Source: Trypethelium eluteriae (taxonomy: Eukaryota). Taken from it: a stretch of 50,741 nt of DNA. Position 1 is the first letter of the stretch. Each line of letters starts with the position of its first letter. The translations under genes were made by a program, and so were the position numbers. Location: assembly GCA_051942245.1 (NCBI GenBank), contig JAVECL010000115.1, forward strand, positions 1 through 50,741, in the 5' to 3' direction. Below are positions 36,614-50,117 of the stretch, one piece after another. The notes beneath the pieces are model-generated. The model ran no database searches and was not told the origin of the DNA. It saw only the letters and a list, made by a program, of their open reading frames with translations.

Positions 36614-39600
36614 TCATCTTGAGAAGAACGTTACCAGATTATCAAAGTCGCTCTCCCTTAGATCTGCGTCAGCCTTCTCAGGAGCGCCTGGTATTCTGCC
36701 TCTCAGGCTCTTGGCGTCCTTAAAGAGGCTCGTAGCTATAAATTCATCCCTTTGTTTCATAATGATCTTGGCTTTCAAGAAAGTCGTTCGAGCGATTTCA
36801 GGCGTGTAGACTGATTCCCTTAGCCGCCATACTTTGAGAGCCTGATCCACTAAAGTTCTATTCGGATGAGTAAGACTAGATCTGTAATCAAATCGAAGAG
36901 TATGTTTTACTGATGCTCACCTCGCCGCTTTTAGTTCGCCCCTTCGAATACAATGCTGAGCCACTCGATGACACAAGTCAGCTGTCTTGTGATGATTGTT
37001 TCCTAAAGTGACCTGGTAATGTAGAAGAGCTTTTTCGTGCCATTGCTCACTCTCTTCGAAACGCCCTTGGTCATATCGAATGTTTCCTAACCCATGATAT
37101 ACTCGTCCCGATCTTGAGAGTAATCAGAGTCGCTCTAGCTAGCTCGGGCGAGAAACTTACCGATATGATTCAGTATCACCTTTTCCGAACTTGAGCTCGC
37201 GGTCTCGAAGGAGATTCTCCAGAACTTCATGTGCCTTAGAGTTTTGACCCAAGACCCAATAGGTAAAACCTAAATTTGTCCGAGGATTCGTATCTATTGC
37301 TAGCCAGTAGTCCTCCATGGCTCCATATACTTTAATAGAACTTTCAAAGGCTTGGATGGCGTTCTGATACTGCCCATTCATAACCCATGCAATAGCCATT
37401 TCATTATATGCTATTGCAAGTCTGATATCGTTTCGGCCAGATGCTTCGAAGGATTTGAGGCGCATGTCCAGCAACGACTTGGTATGATGAAGACAGGCAG
37501 GTGCATCATTCGTTTCATTGGCTACAGCTGCAAGGCCGTAGTGTATATCTGCCATAAGTTGAGAGGTATCATCATGTGTATTACGAACGCAAATTGCCAG
37601 AGCTAATTCAAGGAATGATTTGATGTCTTGAGAATTACCTCTTTCGTGCTGGAACCTAGAAAAGTTAGCAACTACTCTTGATGACTAGGCTCTAGACATT
37701 ACCACCCGGCCTCATTTAGCAGGAATGCCATCTGAAGACTTGTGTTCGAGGTTCCTTCCAACTGTAGCTTCTCATAGAGGTTTTTGAGGCTCAGTGCATG
37801 GGGAAATAGAGCTTCCCGACTTCTTGAAAGAGCAAGTACGTGTCTTTTATCCAATGACGCAATCCCCCAGGCATTTACGATAAGCTCCAGAGCTGTTGAG
37901 AAGACACGCTTCATCGTTTCAGGAGCCATTTTCATGAGAACACAGTCCTGCAAGATACGATGAATCCAGAATTCTTTCTTCTCATCGTTACGAGTAAGAA
38001 GGGATCTTTTGATAAGATCAGCACGCGCAGCAGAGAACTCGAACCCCGTTCGAGGGTAATTCTCTAGTCCATTGGCGCAGGGAAGCTTATCTTGAAAGAA
38101 GCGTTCCGGAATACAGTCGGGATCTAAGACGGCTGAAAGTTCCAATATTGTCCTTGCTTGTGGTTTTAGCTGTTCTATAGCCCAGATGGTCGCCATATTA
38201 CCTCTAGCCTCTCGGCGAAGAACACCTAGCTCATAGGCGTGGATTTGTCTACGATTAGACTCATCTTGGTATTGATTGAGGAAGTCGGAGAATGATAGAT
38301 ACTGGTATCGAATCATGGCAGCCATCTGAGAAATTGCGAGGGGAAGTCCACCTAGCTTTTCAGCAATCTCAATGGAGAGATTTTCCTCGCGCTCACAGTG
38401 CGTTATGCTCCGAAGAAAAGCTGCCGCTTCCGGAACGTCGAAAGGTCTCATGTCAATACTCTCTGAAGCTATTGATGGTGTAGTCTTCGAAAGTGGATCG
38501 CGGCTGGTTACCAACACGGAGCCGTTGCTTGATACTGGCCAATAGTCTTGAAGGGCATCCGGCCTATCAGCATTGTCGAATATGAGGAGCCAGTGCGCTT
38601 CTGCCTGGCCAAGTATATCGCCTTGCTGATTGATGACACGCCTCGGGTTCTCCAGCCAACCTTTCGCCAATTCGCGGCTCACGACAGGATTCCGCGGCTC
38701 GGAGTCATCTTCAAGTCCGAGCTTCACCGTAATCTGACCAAAATCTAACAAGCGGTCAGGTCTTACGTTACGCATAATGCAGCACATGATCACTACCTTG
38801 TTCCATTTTGGATGGTTCATCTGCATGTATCCAGAATATCGCATCGAAATGTTCTTTCCGTGAAAATGCGAATTCCACGGCAACGGACGTCTTTCCCAAT
38901 CCTCCCATGCCACATAGTACAGCATGTTTCCGTTCACTTCGTTCGGATGAGAAGGTGACGTTTTTGCATGGGAGTAGAAGCTCATCCAATTGAGAAAGCT
39001 CAAGTTCTCTCCCAAAGAACTCTTTATTTCGCACAAGGGTTTCCATCATGAAACACGGAAGCGTGGCTGACTTGCGAGGTATTGTAAAACTATCAAGAAT
39101 TGGGACTAGTTCCCAGTTCTTAATAGTAGAAGAGCCAACGGTGACCTCATTACTCTTTGACCCATTCGTGGATTCTCTCATTAAAGGCCGGGGCTCTTGT
39201 GTAAGCGCTGTATTTACAGCGAGATGATCAGTCAGATTATCTTTACCAGATTCCCAAGATAAAAGCAGCTCACCAAGACGAGCGGCATCATGAGATGATA
39301 ATGATGCAAGACTAGCAGTCATTGACGTAGGTTCTTGAATACATAAGCATGATAGAGTCATTGAGTTATCTGTTCTGCGTGTTGAGATACCTGCGTATAG
39401 CATGTTATCCGATGTCACCCTTGTCCTGACCACATCAAAATTTTCTTGTCCGAATATGAAATGCATCCACTCCATTAGGCGACGGTTTGGTTGTCCGTCG
39501 TCTTGCTCGAGTCTCCATAAATCAGCATGTGACCCAGCAAGACCGAAGCATTGCTCTCGTGGGGAGTTAATTTTGACGACCTTCTCATTGGTGAATCTCT

Positions 39601-40471
39601 GAGAATCGTTAGCATAACATATGTGTTAGGAGTTTGATATACTTTGAGTTTTCGCTGCACTCCAAAAAACCCTCTTTTCTCTTTCTTCACTATCCTCACA
39701 TCTGTGTCTTTCGTTTCGTAGAGGGACAGGATATCTACGCGTAGTTCAATCTCATGAAACAAGGTCGAGATATCGAGAAGGAGACATGTTTCCTCAGCAA
39801 TTCGAGTAAAAGACTGCTTGGAGATGCTATTAGGGGTGTACTTGAGGATAGATAGTGAGATTTCTGGCAGCGTTGCGACGTCTGACGCATTTTGTGGACC
39901 CCCAAGGAATACGATGCCCAATATGGAGTTGAGGATAATGTCATATCTCTGACTCTGGGCGTTAGCGATACAAAGGGCCTGGTCACTGTCATTCAATGTG
40001 TCTCTTGTAAATGGCTGTGCGATAGATCACCTGTTTGAGCACGAAAGTCCCGAGACTATAACTCATAAATGCCAAAGGTCGCTTCGAGACTAATTTTCAG
40101 CTGCCATTTCGAGCTATTAACATATGGTGAAGGTACTCACTTTATGGGCTTCATAATGGCGCAGCAGCGAACCAAGGAGAACTCCTCCCTGGTCAAGTAA
40201 GGATTCTAGCGAGAATCCGTCGTCCAGAGTGAGGTCATAGTCGAATGCCAAGAATCGGACGCGACGGCCACATTTAGATAAGCTCTCTGCCCAGATTTTC
40301 GAAGAAATTAAGGGCCAATTTTCAACAGGACGCATACTCATTCCGTTGATCAAGATAAAGCTCATACCACGTTAGCATTAGCTTAGTCTACGCGTTGTCC
40401 AAAAATCTATACTCCACATCTGCCTCTGTGAGCTCCCCGTAGACTACCTCACGGAGCTCTGTTGCAGTCAT
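36614..40471 (-). CDS. NLR-like STAND protein: SesB-like alpha/beta-hydrolase + NB-ARC + TPR; multi-exon
   Basis: N-terminal ADVD|FILINGM...ENW, RFLAFDYD, FMSYSLGTFVLKQ, GIVFLGGP and SHADL; Walker A GMGGLGKT; Walker B WLLIFDNAD; VLVTSRD; LGGLPLAI; IHRILQ (MHD-like); C-terminal TPR helices. The exons I traced join in frame. Confidence 0.9.
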
Positions 40472-41450
40472 TGTCTAAAGCTGAGCTGTGTACGAGGATG
40501 AGAACTGTAAGAGAAGGAGCTTGCCGTAAGAATCGTAGCCTTGGGCTATTCGCGTACATACTTCGTAAGGAATTATACAGAAATCGGACATGAGCCTCAA
40601 CCCCGCTTGCAGTTGCTGGAGCCAGCCAACGATAATTCGGCAACCCTGGTGGAGAACGCAAAGCTGCAGCCTTGAGTAACTTATTGGGATCCACATACAA
40701 GTAATCAATCGCGAAGCGATACGGCAAAGGCCTTGATTTCTTGGGACGTAATTACGCCGTGTCGCCCTGAGCCTGTCCCTTTGATAGGCTTAAACATCTC
40801 TACCAAAGGTGGCAGGAGATATCGGGCGTAGAAGTGAGCTGATGTGATTCCATGTTGCCGCCGTCATACTCTCCATTAGGTAGGTAGGTGACTGCAGGGG
40901 TGACCACTCTAAGATGTCTCCGCACTATACGGAGTACTCTGCATTACTCCAGGGCCTCAACTCAGCCTCATCGACCTCTGCCTTATACACAAACCGAACC
41001 CTTCTTCTCATCAATTTGGTATTCATTAGCGATACATCGTTTGAGCCTCGAATAAAAAGGTCACACACAGACAGTTTGAGCTCCATGAATCCCCGTTATT
41101 TGAAGGAATCCGACAGTGTTGAGCGCAAGGGGCGCTATTCTTGAGAAGGTGGTTGCGACTGCAAGGCTATCAGATCTTATCACGATTGGCGTCACTGTTC
41201 ACGAGTGTCATGCAAACACGCGTCAAAGACATGCAGACGACGAATATGAGGTAGTGTTCAGGCAAGGCAACAGTCCAACGTGGCTACCTGCCGGGCAATT
41301 CTGTGTAGCTTGAGGGTACATGAGAGGACGAGTTTCGACCGCGATCGATAACAATGGAACGCAAAGTGCCTCGTGCGGAATTCGCACACAGGTGTAGAGC
41401 TGCACAGGCCCCGCTGCAGTTACTCGGGCCCAATACCACATGCGTCGTAG

Positions 41451-43307
41451 CTACGAGATAGGACATGAGACAATTTTCCGGGCAAGCACTGGAATATCGT
41501 AGTACATGAAGAGGAGAGCCAACGTAAGGACAGGAATAGTGACTGCAAACCATACCCATAAGTCTAGTTTCCCGGACCCGAATTGCGCAAAGTTCATTCC
41601 AAAGAACCCTGAAGTGAAAGATAAGGGCACAAATATGAATGCAAGCCTTGTCAATTTTGCCACAATTTCGGATTGAGACATTGCTTCACGGGCCTCTTTG
41701 ACGTTTGCATTGTTCATGACTATTTGCACGCCACGGCTGCACTGCTCATGAAGTATCTGGGCTCGAGCTAGTAGATGCTCAAAATTTCGGTCAATCTTAG
41801 CAACAGCTTGATCTGCTTTATTTTGCTTGTTTGTGTTAAGAGAGCCCCGAGGCCACTCTCCTCTGTCACGGCCTTGGATGGAAGCAATATTTTCTCGAAT
41901 TTGCTGAACATGTCTATCCAAGATCTGTTGGGTGTAGAGAAGGTTCGATAGCGTAGGGTTTCTCTGCTGGATCAAACCCCTCGCATCCAGCTCTTGTCGA
42001 AGCTTCGCTTCGATCATGTTGAGGAACTGGTTCTCTGACGCCGCTGCAAACAGGATAGGGCCTTGAGCCGCATAGAAAGAATCGATAGCAGCGATTTCAG
42101 CATCCAGAAAAAGTCCGTCGTCAAGATGTAAAAGGGATGCGCTCTGGAAGATTTTTCCGTCTCTAGTTTCGCAATCGTGTTGGTGCAGTTTTAATCGAGA
42201 AGGCGGTCTCAGTGATACGTAGGGTCGATTTTGGACGACTGGGAGAAAGCGGGTTTTCCATGGAGGCGTGCTCAACGGTGAAGTCAGCCATGACATAAGA
42301 TTATGGTCCAAATCATGGCCGTTATCGAGCCAAATATACACTTTGGCTGTCAGTCAAGCAAAAATCGTTTCTGAAATAGCCAGCTTTACTTACCGACCCA
42401 GGATGAACCTTTTCTGGCCACGTGTATAGTGATGTCTTGCTCAATCGAAAAGTGCTGCAAGTCATGCAGCGAGCATTGGCGCACGATAGGATCTCCGAGA
42501 CCAAGCTCATAGCCGCCTCTCGTCCTCTCAACGTAAGCATTCAACGCCTTTTCGTTCTGAGTGCGAAGACTTTCCAATTTCTCTTGACTACTACCCGTAG
42601 GAGCTCCTAATTGGGTCTCTCCAATCGTCGTGACCCGCAATTTGATCGTGCGAGCTGAACTAGATGGAAGGGGTGGGGATAAGAAATAATTTTGTTGTCC
42701 TTGTCGAAAGTCTAAATGGCTTTGAAAGAATTCGGGGTCGATCTGATAGCTCGTTCCAATCGATAAAACCCATTCTGGAGAGGGATATCCTCTCATGTAC
42801 AAGAGGTGACCGAAGCCTGGATTTGCGAGGAGGCTGCTCGCCTCCGATTCGAAGTCGGATATGGATTCGAAATGCTTGATCGATCTACCGCCTGTAGGAT
42901 CTAGATTGTGTATAGATACAAACTTAAAGTCACGTCTCCACTGTTGCTTTTTTTCAGTCGCCAGGATATTAGGTACGTATGGCTCACTGTGTCGCCAGAG
43001 GAACCTGACAAGGACCTGTAGATACTGGCCCGGATACAAGGAATTTGCGACTGAAAGCCTTGAATATGCAAAGACGGCGTTGACGTACTCTTGAGGGTCT
43101 CGAACTGTTTGGAATTACTACGATTAGAAAGCCCTATCGTGTACGGATACATTGAGACTTACTCGGAGGTCTCTTGCGTCTTGTACCAGAATGACAGCTG
43201 GTATTCGGGACTTTAGACCTGCTCAACACTCTCTCCTGGGCAACGTCGTAATTTTCCTCAGAATTCTCAGGTTTGGAGAGTTTGGATTGCACGTCGGCGC
43301 CTTGCAT
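41451..43307 (-). CDS. CorA-like (GMN-motif) membrane protein; 3 exons
   Basis: LYMRGYPSPEW...IDPEFFQSHL N-terminal motif; coiled coil; LTRLAFIFVPLSFTSGFFGMNF plus a second TM WVWFAVTIP; ATG 43307 joined by GT-AG introns. Confidence 0.85.
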
Positions 43308-44192
43308 GTTGGTGTAGGGTTTCTAAAAGATGAGTGACCAGTCCACCAGGTCTCGCATGACAGCTCTTGCAGTGGATTGCGCTTTCAGTGGCACCTTCTT
43401 AAAGCTCGCTTTCTCAGCCGGGCCAGGTATAGTACCAAACATATTTTGAAGATGCTCCCATGATCGACGGGCAGTGGCAGACGTGTCTTATCAGGCTTTG
43501 GCGGACTCCCCTACTACCGTGTCGTGACTGGAAAGATTCTCGTCGAATGTTACTCGCGAAATGCAGTGGATCGTATATCTTTGCTCTTCTGAGTTGTCAC
43601 AATTGACAACAGCAGGGCGCATGGGGATCAATGTTGGAGTGGTAGGCAAGACGACCTGCAGTTGTAGAAAGCCTTGATACAGTATCTGGGCGTGTAAGGG
43701 GCCCGCTGGGCTCCGAGCAGAGTAGACGTCCTTGCGCCAACGGCATGTACACTGGGGTGAGGCGAGGGCAGAATGGATGCACGAGCCACCTCTCTACGTA
43801 CGTAGCTAGCTCCCCTTCCTACTCTACCTTAGTTCAACCTGCCATCCTTTTTCTCCTGCAAGCAGTGCCTTCGGCACGATGGGTCGGCACCCTTGCGTCA
43901 GCCTTCCAAAATTGCCTTACTGAAGCTGACAAGGAAGGAGTAGATTCTAGTCTCGCGATGTATTACATTCCATGTCGATGTAAGCCATCATATTACGCCC
44001 GAATCAGTGGGCTGGTGCTTCCCATTGGTGAAAAGGCTTGGACCATATCACGTCCTCCGGTCCGGCTTCGATATTTTCTTTTCGGTAAAGGGCAATAATC
44101 AGGCTGAGCCGCACATCGTACAATTCCTTCTAATTCCTTCGTCCTCCTCTTTCACTCGCTACTCCTAGCTGATCATCCAGTCATTGGAAATC

Positions 44193-46560
44193 ATGGGTGA
44201 ACTCCACTTTCTTTCTGCGGTGCATCCGTCCACTCAACATATTTTCAAGCTGGATTCTAAAGACTTCCTAATGTTGCCTATCTCAAGCGGGAACACACTG
44301 TTCAGTCCGTATCATTCCACTTTCAGATTCTCCATAGGATTCTCTCAGATATCCAATATTAATCAACATGCAGCTCCGTTCACCTTCATACATTGCGCTG
44401 CTGATGAAATGATCGATTACGATTGGGTTCAGGAACACCTGAAGTCCTGGCTCCAAAACGATGACGTCTTCTGTCATGGCTTCCTAAGCGGCGTAATCTT
44501 TGTACTTCCAGAATGCCCACAATTCGACCTTGACACTGTATCTCGTAGCCTGCGAGAAAATTGGGGTACTAGATGGTGCATCGCCATTTCTCAGCGCTTC
44601 AATCCTCTGGGAAGTTGTTCAGGCCCACATATCCTTTGGAAAGAAGGGATTTGGCAGGTGTACCGGCTACATGACGATGTGAATGAGACTTTCATGACCA
44701 GCGTCGAACCGTCTCCTCAGTCAGAGTAAGCTATATTTTCCAGCTACTGGTTTTTTACAGCGTGCTCATTGAGCCTTAGGCCTTTCCAGACTCTTCGTGT
44801 TGGTGGCGATTTCTATCAGTCGTTGAGTGTGGCTGTCCCATCTCGGGTGCAGCTACTAGAAATCCAAGATAAGCCTCTACAAGGCATCAGATTCGCTGTC
44901 AAAGATGTCTTCGAGATCAAAGGACTCAAAGTCACGGCCGGAAATCGTGCCTTCTACAGCCTCTCACAACGGTCATCCTCAACAGCGCCATTAATACAAA
45001 GACTGATTGACGCAGGTGGAGCATTACTGGGCACACTGAAAACGGGTTCCCTGATAGCGAGGGAAGAACCGACTGAATCCGTCGACTATCATGCGGCTTT
45101 CAACCCCAGAGCAGATGGATACCAGTCTGCATGGAGCAGCAGTGGGGGTTGTGGCGCAGCATCTGCGTCTTATGACTGGGTCGACTTTACCATTGGCACT
45201 GATAGTAAGATCCCGCCTATTCCGACTCAATAACAAATCAAATCCCGCTTACAAATGTGTAATAGCAACCGGAAGCAGCCGGCGACCAGCTTTGGCGAAC
45301 GGTACATTCCAAATCCGACTCTCGCACGGTGCAATCGCTATGGAGCGCACCGTCCCATCATTTCCGTACACCGTCCCTATACGAGTATTTACCGGATCTA
45401 ACCATTTGCAGGCTTTTCGATGCTCCGGCCATGTTTGCAAGAAACATTATCAACTTAGAAACGTGGGTCAGCGTGTGGATCGATGCTGAGAGAGATAGTT
45501 ATGACAACGTACGTAGCTCACTTCTTATCGAGCCTTCCTTTTGACACATTCTAGCTTCCAATTAGCCTTGTCTACGTCGAGGAATTTCTACCGGTTCAGA
45601 ACGAGGCCCAAATGCGATCCATCAACGCTTTCATATCAGATGTCGAGTCCACCTATAGTATCAAGACGGAGAAGATATCAATTGCCGAGAGATGGCGAGC
45701 GGCACCTCCAGTCGGTGCTGATGACCTGTGTATTAGCGAATTTCTCAGAGATGTATAACCCATGACCCTAGCCTCTGGCACACTTCTCACGGCTTTCAGG
45801 TAGGGGTGAACTCGTTCTGCTATGGAGTATATCATTGTTATGACAAGTTCCGCTATGATTACCGAGAGAAATTTAGGAAAGACCCCTATGTAAATCCGGT
45901 AACACGATGGCGATGGTAGCTTGTTTAAGTCTCTGGCCAAAACCACCCGTCGCTGACAGAATTATAGGGACATTGCCAAACGGATATCCAGCCAGCAACA
46001 CGAAGATGCTCTGCGTCGCCTCGCAATATATAAAGAGTGGGTCCTTACGCAGATTTTGCGTGTAAATGAACGCAATGCTATGCTAGTAATACCAATCACG
46101 AATCAAGGAGTTGACTATCGTGAAGATAATCCCGGGTAATATGCCGTGCTTTTGTCCGCGACATATTGTTAAACTTGGGTTTAGGCCACCCAAAGCACCT
46201 AATGCGTTCGATTCTATATGGTTGGCCCCAATACTGGGTGCCCCGGAAATTAGCCTGCCAAGTACGGGCTCAATGCTATACGCCTTTTTCGAATTGCCTA
46301 CTGATAGCTCCCAGTCGGTGAGATGAAGTATCATTCACGAGTTAGTGAAAGGGAAGAGTACCTTCCCTTGGTTGTTTCTTTGTTGGGAAAGCCAGGTTAA
46401 TATCCTTGACTTGGATTGGTGACCACATCATTAATCAACAGCAGGATCGGACATGGCATTGCTTGACGCGTCACGGCGAGTATTAGAACAGTCTGGGAGG
46501 CCAACTTCAGTTATGACCGGTTCTAGAATGTTTCCCGATGCTTCAGGTCCATTCCTTTGA
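44193..46560 (+). CDS. Amidase-signature family protein; multi-exon
   Basis: FAVKDVF (Lys), AWSSSGGCGAA, IGTD|TTGSSRRPA (nucleophile Ser) and APILGAPEI; ends MFPDASGPFL*. Confidence 0.9.
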
Positions 46561-48396
46561 GCAGGTGACAGAAAGGCACAAAAAATCCAGGTTCTGGCTG
46601 TCTTCACCGGCTGCTCTTTGCGCTTTTCTGTCCTATTGTTCTGGGGGCTCACGCCGCGCATGTCAGAAAGTGACTTGGTATTCTTTTCAGGCAAGTGGCT
46701 TACGCGTTGCGCTGTACTAGGGGAGGGGATAAAAGTGGGGCATTGAAGGGTCAATCAACTTCGACTCTGAGTATGTGTTGGGACACGGACGTTAGTAGGT
46801 TCAAGACTTCTTACCAATCCATTTGATAGGCGCCAGAGAGTTTAAGAAAGGGATTAAATATGAAAGGGATGAAGAAGGCAAGGTAAGTACGATAGTAACT
46901 TCGCCTGATGAGCAATGGCCGCTTGAGATAATCTAGGAGCAACTGCTTTCACTCAATCATTAGCTTGCGTCATATTCTTAACATAGATTCCCAAAAGATC
47001 TTCAATTTCATGTGAATCTATGCTGTTTTATGGTATTTCTCTCTATCGACGAGAGATATTCGGGTGACATTTGTGAACGTGAAATGGAGACTACAGATCT
47101 TCTTAACGAAGTATGTCTTGCTGTTTTTCGGATCTTGAATAGCGACCTCAAGATAAGCAGCAGGTAACATTCTAACTAGGTTCATCTACACAATGGGAAA
47201 CAAAATGAATGGAACCAAATACGGCGGATTAATGACTCAGCATCGTAGCACGCAACAATCCTAAGCCCGACGAATAGGAGAAAGAAAATTTTTGGCCCCA
47301 ACCCTTATCGTCGCCAGAGCCGCCGAATCAGAACGTTGAACCTGAGGAAGTCCTGTCAGTCCAAAGCTGTTACAAAACTCAATCCAGCGTACATACCATG
47401 CTTTACTCCGGCTGCATAGTTCCGGTTCAGTTCCCTGCTGTAGGAGGAGGGCCACCGGAACCGTTACCACCAAAGTAGTAGCCGGTGCTTCCGAGGGTAG
47501 TGGATTGAGGTGACCAATATCCTTTCCAAGGCTGAGTCCTGGTGTCGGATTTGGACTTCTGACAAGCCATATTGTCGAACGGCTTTGTTTCGGCTTGCAG
47601 GGAAAGCATTCTGTACTTGTCAACGACCACCATACGTGTAGACGAATGACCATAAGGGATGAATTACCTGGGCGACTTGTACCAGACTGAGATCTATCTT
47701 GCGGTTGAGAGAATCTAGAGTACAGTAGCCGAGTCTGAACCCTCAGGAATGACTGGAAAGAGCCACGGGAACTATCAAGTATTCAAACCATATCTCGAGA
47801 CCGACCTTATATGTACGTATGGACAAGAGCCGCATCCCAGCCTTGTGGTCCCACCGAGTACGTGAAGGAGTTTTCCGTGCGGAGTATGCATGTCCGTGTA
47901 ACAGTCTCAGCCCGTGGATCATGCAGTCAAAGTGTCTTATCTAGCCGTTCGTTGCCTGTTATACCTACATGCATTACAACAAAGTTTCGGGGCTCGCCGT
48001 ATGGTCCACTGATGTTGACAAGAAGTCCAAGGCGTGGGTATTAGCCCTGTCATGCATCAATAGCGATGGAACGGTATGCAGCCACTGCTGACTCGGTGAG
48101 ACTCTTGGGCAGTGGAGGCCCTATAGCCTATACCCAAGAATCTCACCGATTACCATATACGTGGACGAACATACGAGTACGGACAGTTCAGATGATGATG
48201 GGCTAATACGAGAGGCGAAATCGCTGTTGGTCATAGTGGGGGCGTTGTTTCTGGGATTCAAGGTACAACGCCAAGGCACAAATCTTCCAGCCGCTTGATT
48301 TGCCCTGTTGATTAAAGACGGAGATCCGAACTTTACATTTCCAATGCTGAGACCAGGGACTCGTAAAGAATCGTTGACGACCGCAAGCTCTTCGCC

Positions 48397-49517
48397 ATGG
48401 AACAGCACCCTTTAAAAGGCAACGGCCGCGAGAACATGCAAGCCAGTGTCTACTTTTTGAAGAAAGATGACCTACACAGGATTGAGAAGCCATACAGCTT
48501 CAAATTTCCACCAGCTGATGGCTTTCCACAAAGTAATATGGAGTATGAAATGATCGAGATTCCTGTCATAGATATGCGAGGATCGGAAAACCAGTTCAAC
48601 TTAGACAAGAATGGTTTTGCCATTTTCAAAATAGGCTGTAGCCTTAGCTACGAGGGATACGATGATCTCAAACAGCTCACCGAATACTTCAGAAAGTTGG
48701 AAGCGGCCCTCAAAGACCATCTTGGGGCCAGCAAAGTCGAGGTGTTTCGGCATGCCGTTAGTCATCCCAATGGCTTTACGAGCCTACGGAGTACAATGCC
48801 CCACTGTCATTTCCGCTGACAATAGTACCTACCATAAGATACGAAAGCGGGACAAGCGATGGCCATCTCCGCAATGGCAGACGTATGCTTACGATCAGCC
48901 GAATACTGTTGTTCACATTGGTTTGTCGCTCTTCAATGACCAATCAGGGAAATAGATCGCTGATAGTTTCTTAAGATGCCACCCCAGAAGGGACGCGCGA
49001 TGAAATCCGGAGACAACTGGGTGGCGATGCGGACGCCTTTCTAAACAGACGCTATCAATGGTTCAAGTAAGTCCAAAGTGCTGCAGGGTGATGAGCCTGT
49101 GTCAATAACGTTGATCTGTTCAAGTTTCTGGAAGCCTCTGAAAGGCCCGGTCAATGATTGGCCTCTCATACTATGCGATGCATCGACAGTGGATGAACAC
49201 AATGACGTTGAAGTGGCCGATCTTTTGTACCCAGACTATACGACCGAAAACAGCCAGCTCTATCACAGCATCGCTTACAAATGGTATTACTTGAGCAACC
49301 AAGCCACCGATGAAATACTTGTATTCAAGCAAATGGACACTTTAGAGGGCAGCTGTCCAGGTATACTCCAGAGCTGTGACTGGGCATATTATCAACAAAG
49401 CATTAATCTGCTGAAACAGGTGTACCACATTGTTCATGCGAAAATCCCTTGACGCCAAAGGGCGAAGCTCCACGAGAGAGTATCGAAGTACGGGCAATGG
49501 CGTATTACGATTCCTGA
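48397..49517 (+). CDS. AsaB/CmcJ-like hydroxylase/desaturase (non-heme iron oxygenase-like); ~5 exons
   Basis: FNLDKNGF, VVHI|D, FWKPLKGPVNDWPLILCDASTV, WYYLSNQ, VPHCS and RESIEVR motifs. Confidence 0.88.
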
Positions 49518-50117
49518 GCTCCGCCGATTGATGAGGCTGATAATCGACATTGATTGAAAGATGGCCTTCAATGTGTCCGTGTGGAAAAGGGATGGAGATG
49601 TGAAACGCTTTGGGTACGTCCGAATAAGCTTTGGAAGTGGCGGAAGGACCGCAGGTTGGAGCTAAGTGCGATATGGAAAGGCCTCACTCATTGTTTGGTA
49701 TGCAGAACTAAAAATAACCAGGAAGGTAATCCTAGAAATGCCCTTCAACTATGTGCAAATATATATTGCAATGCTCTCATGACTCATTCATTTACGCTCG
49801 GTCTCTACGTTGCTTATACACCTTAAATCCCGCAGCCTCTCCCATGTAATGGATGTTTTCGGTTAAATGGTGAGCAGGTCTATTGAAACTCAGGCACTCA
49901 CACCGAGGACTCCCACTGCATCCTTTGAATTGCAGAAGTCTACGTGCAAGCCTCGCGACACAGATGTCGACGTGCGAAAGGCAGTTAAATGATCTCACGG
50001 AAAGAGATGCACATGATACCTGGAAAGTACGCAGTGCTGGCATTCGAAGGCTTCACACAATGTACCCACTAAAAATTCTTCCCCAGTCAGCCAGCAAGGC
50101 TGTGGAGGAGGGATGGA

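Noticed and set aside
36614..37660. High-identity hypervariable repeat array in the NLR TPR region
   Set aside because: I saw no near-identical nucleotide repeats; the TPRs are few, divergent and interrupted by introns.
36614..40471. This NLR as the cognate activator of the HeLo-amyloid protein
   Set aside because: It is 35 kb away, has its own N-terminal hydrolase domain and lacks an IGVQG-like motif.
46700..47260. AT-richer stretch as a RIP-mutated transposon relic
   Set aside because: No terminal repeats, transposase remnants or clear TpA excess by eye.
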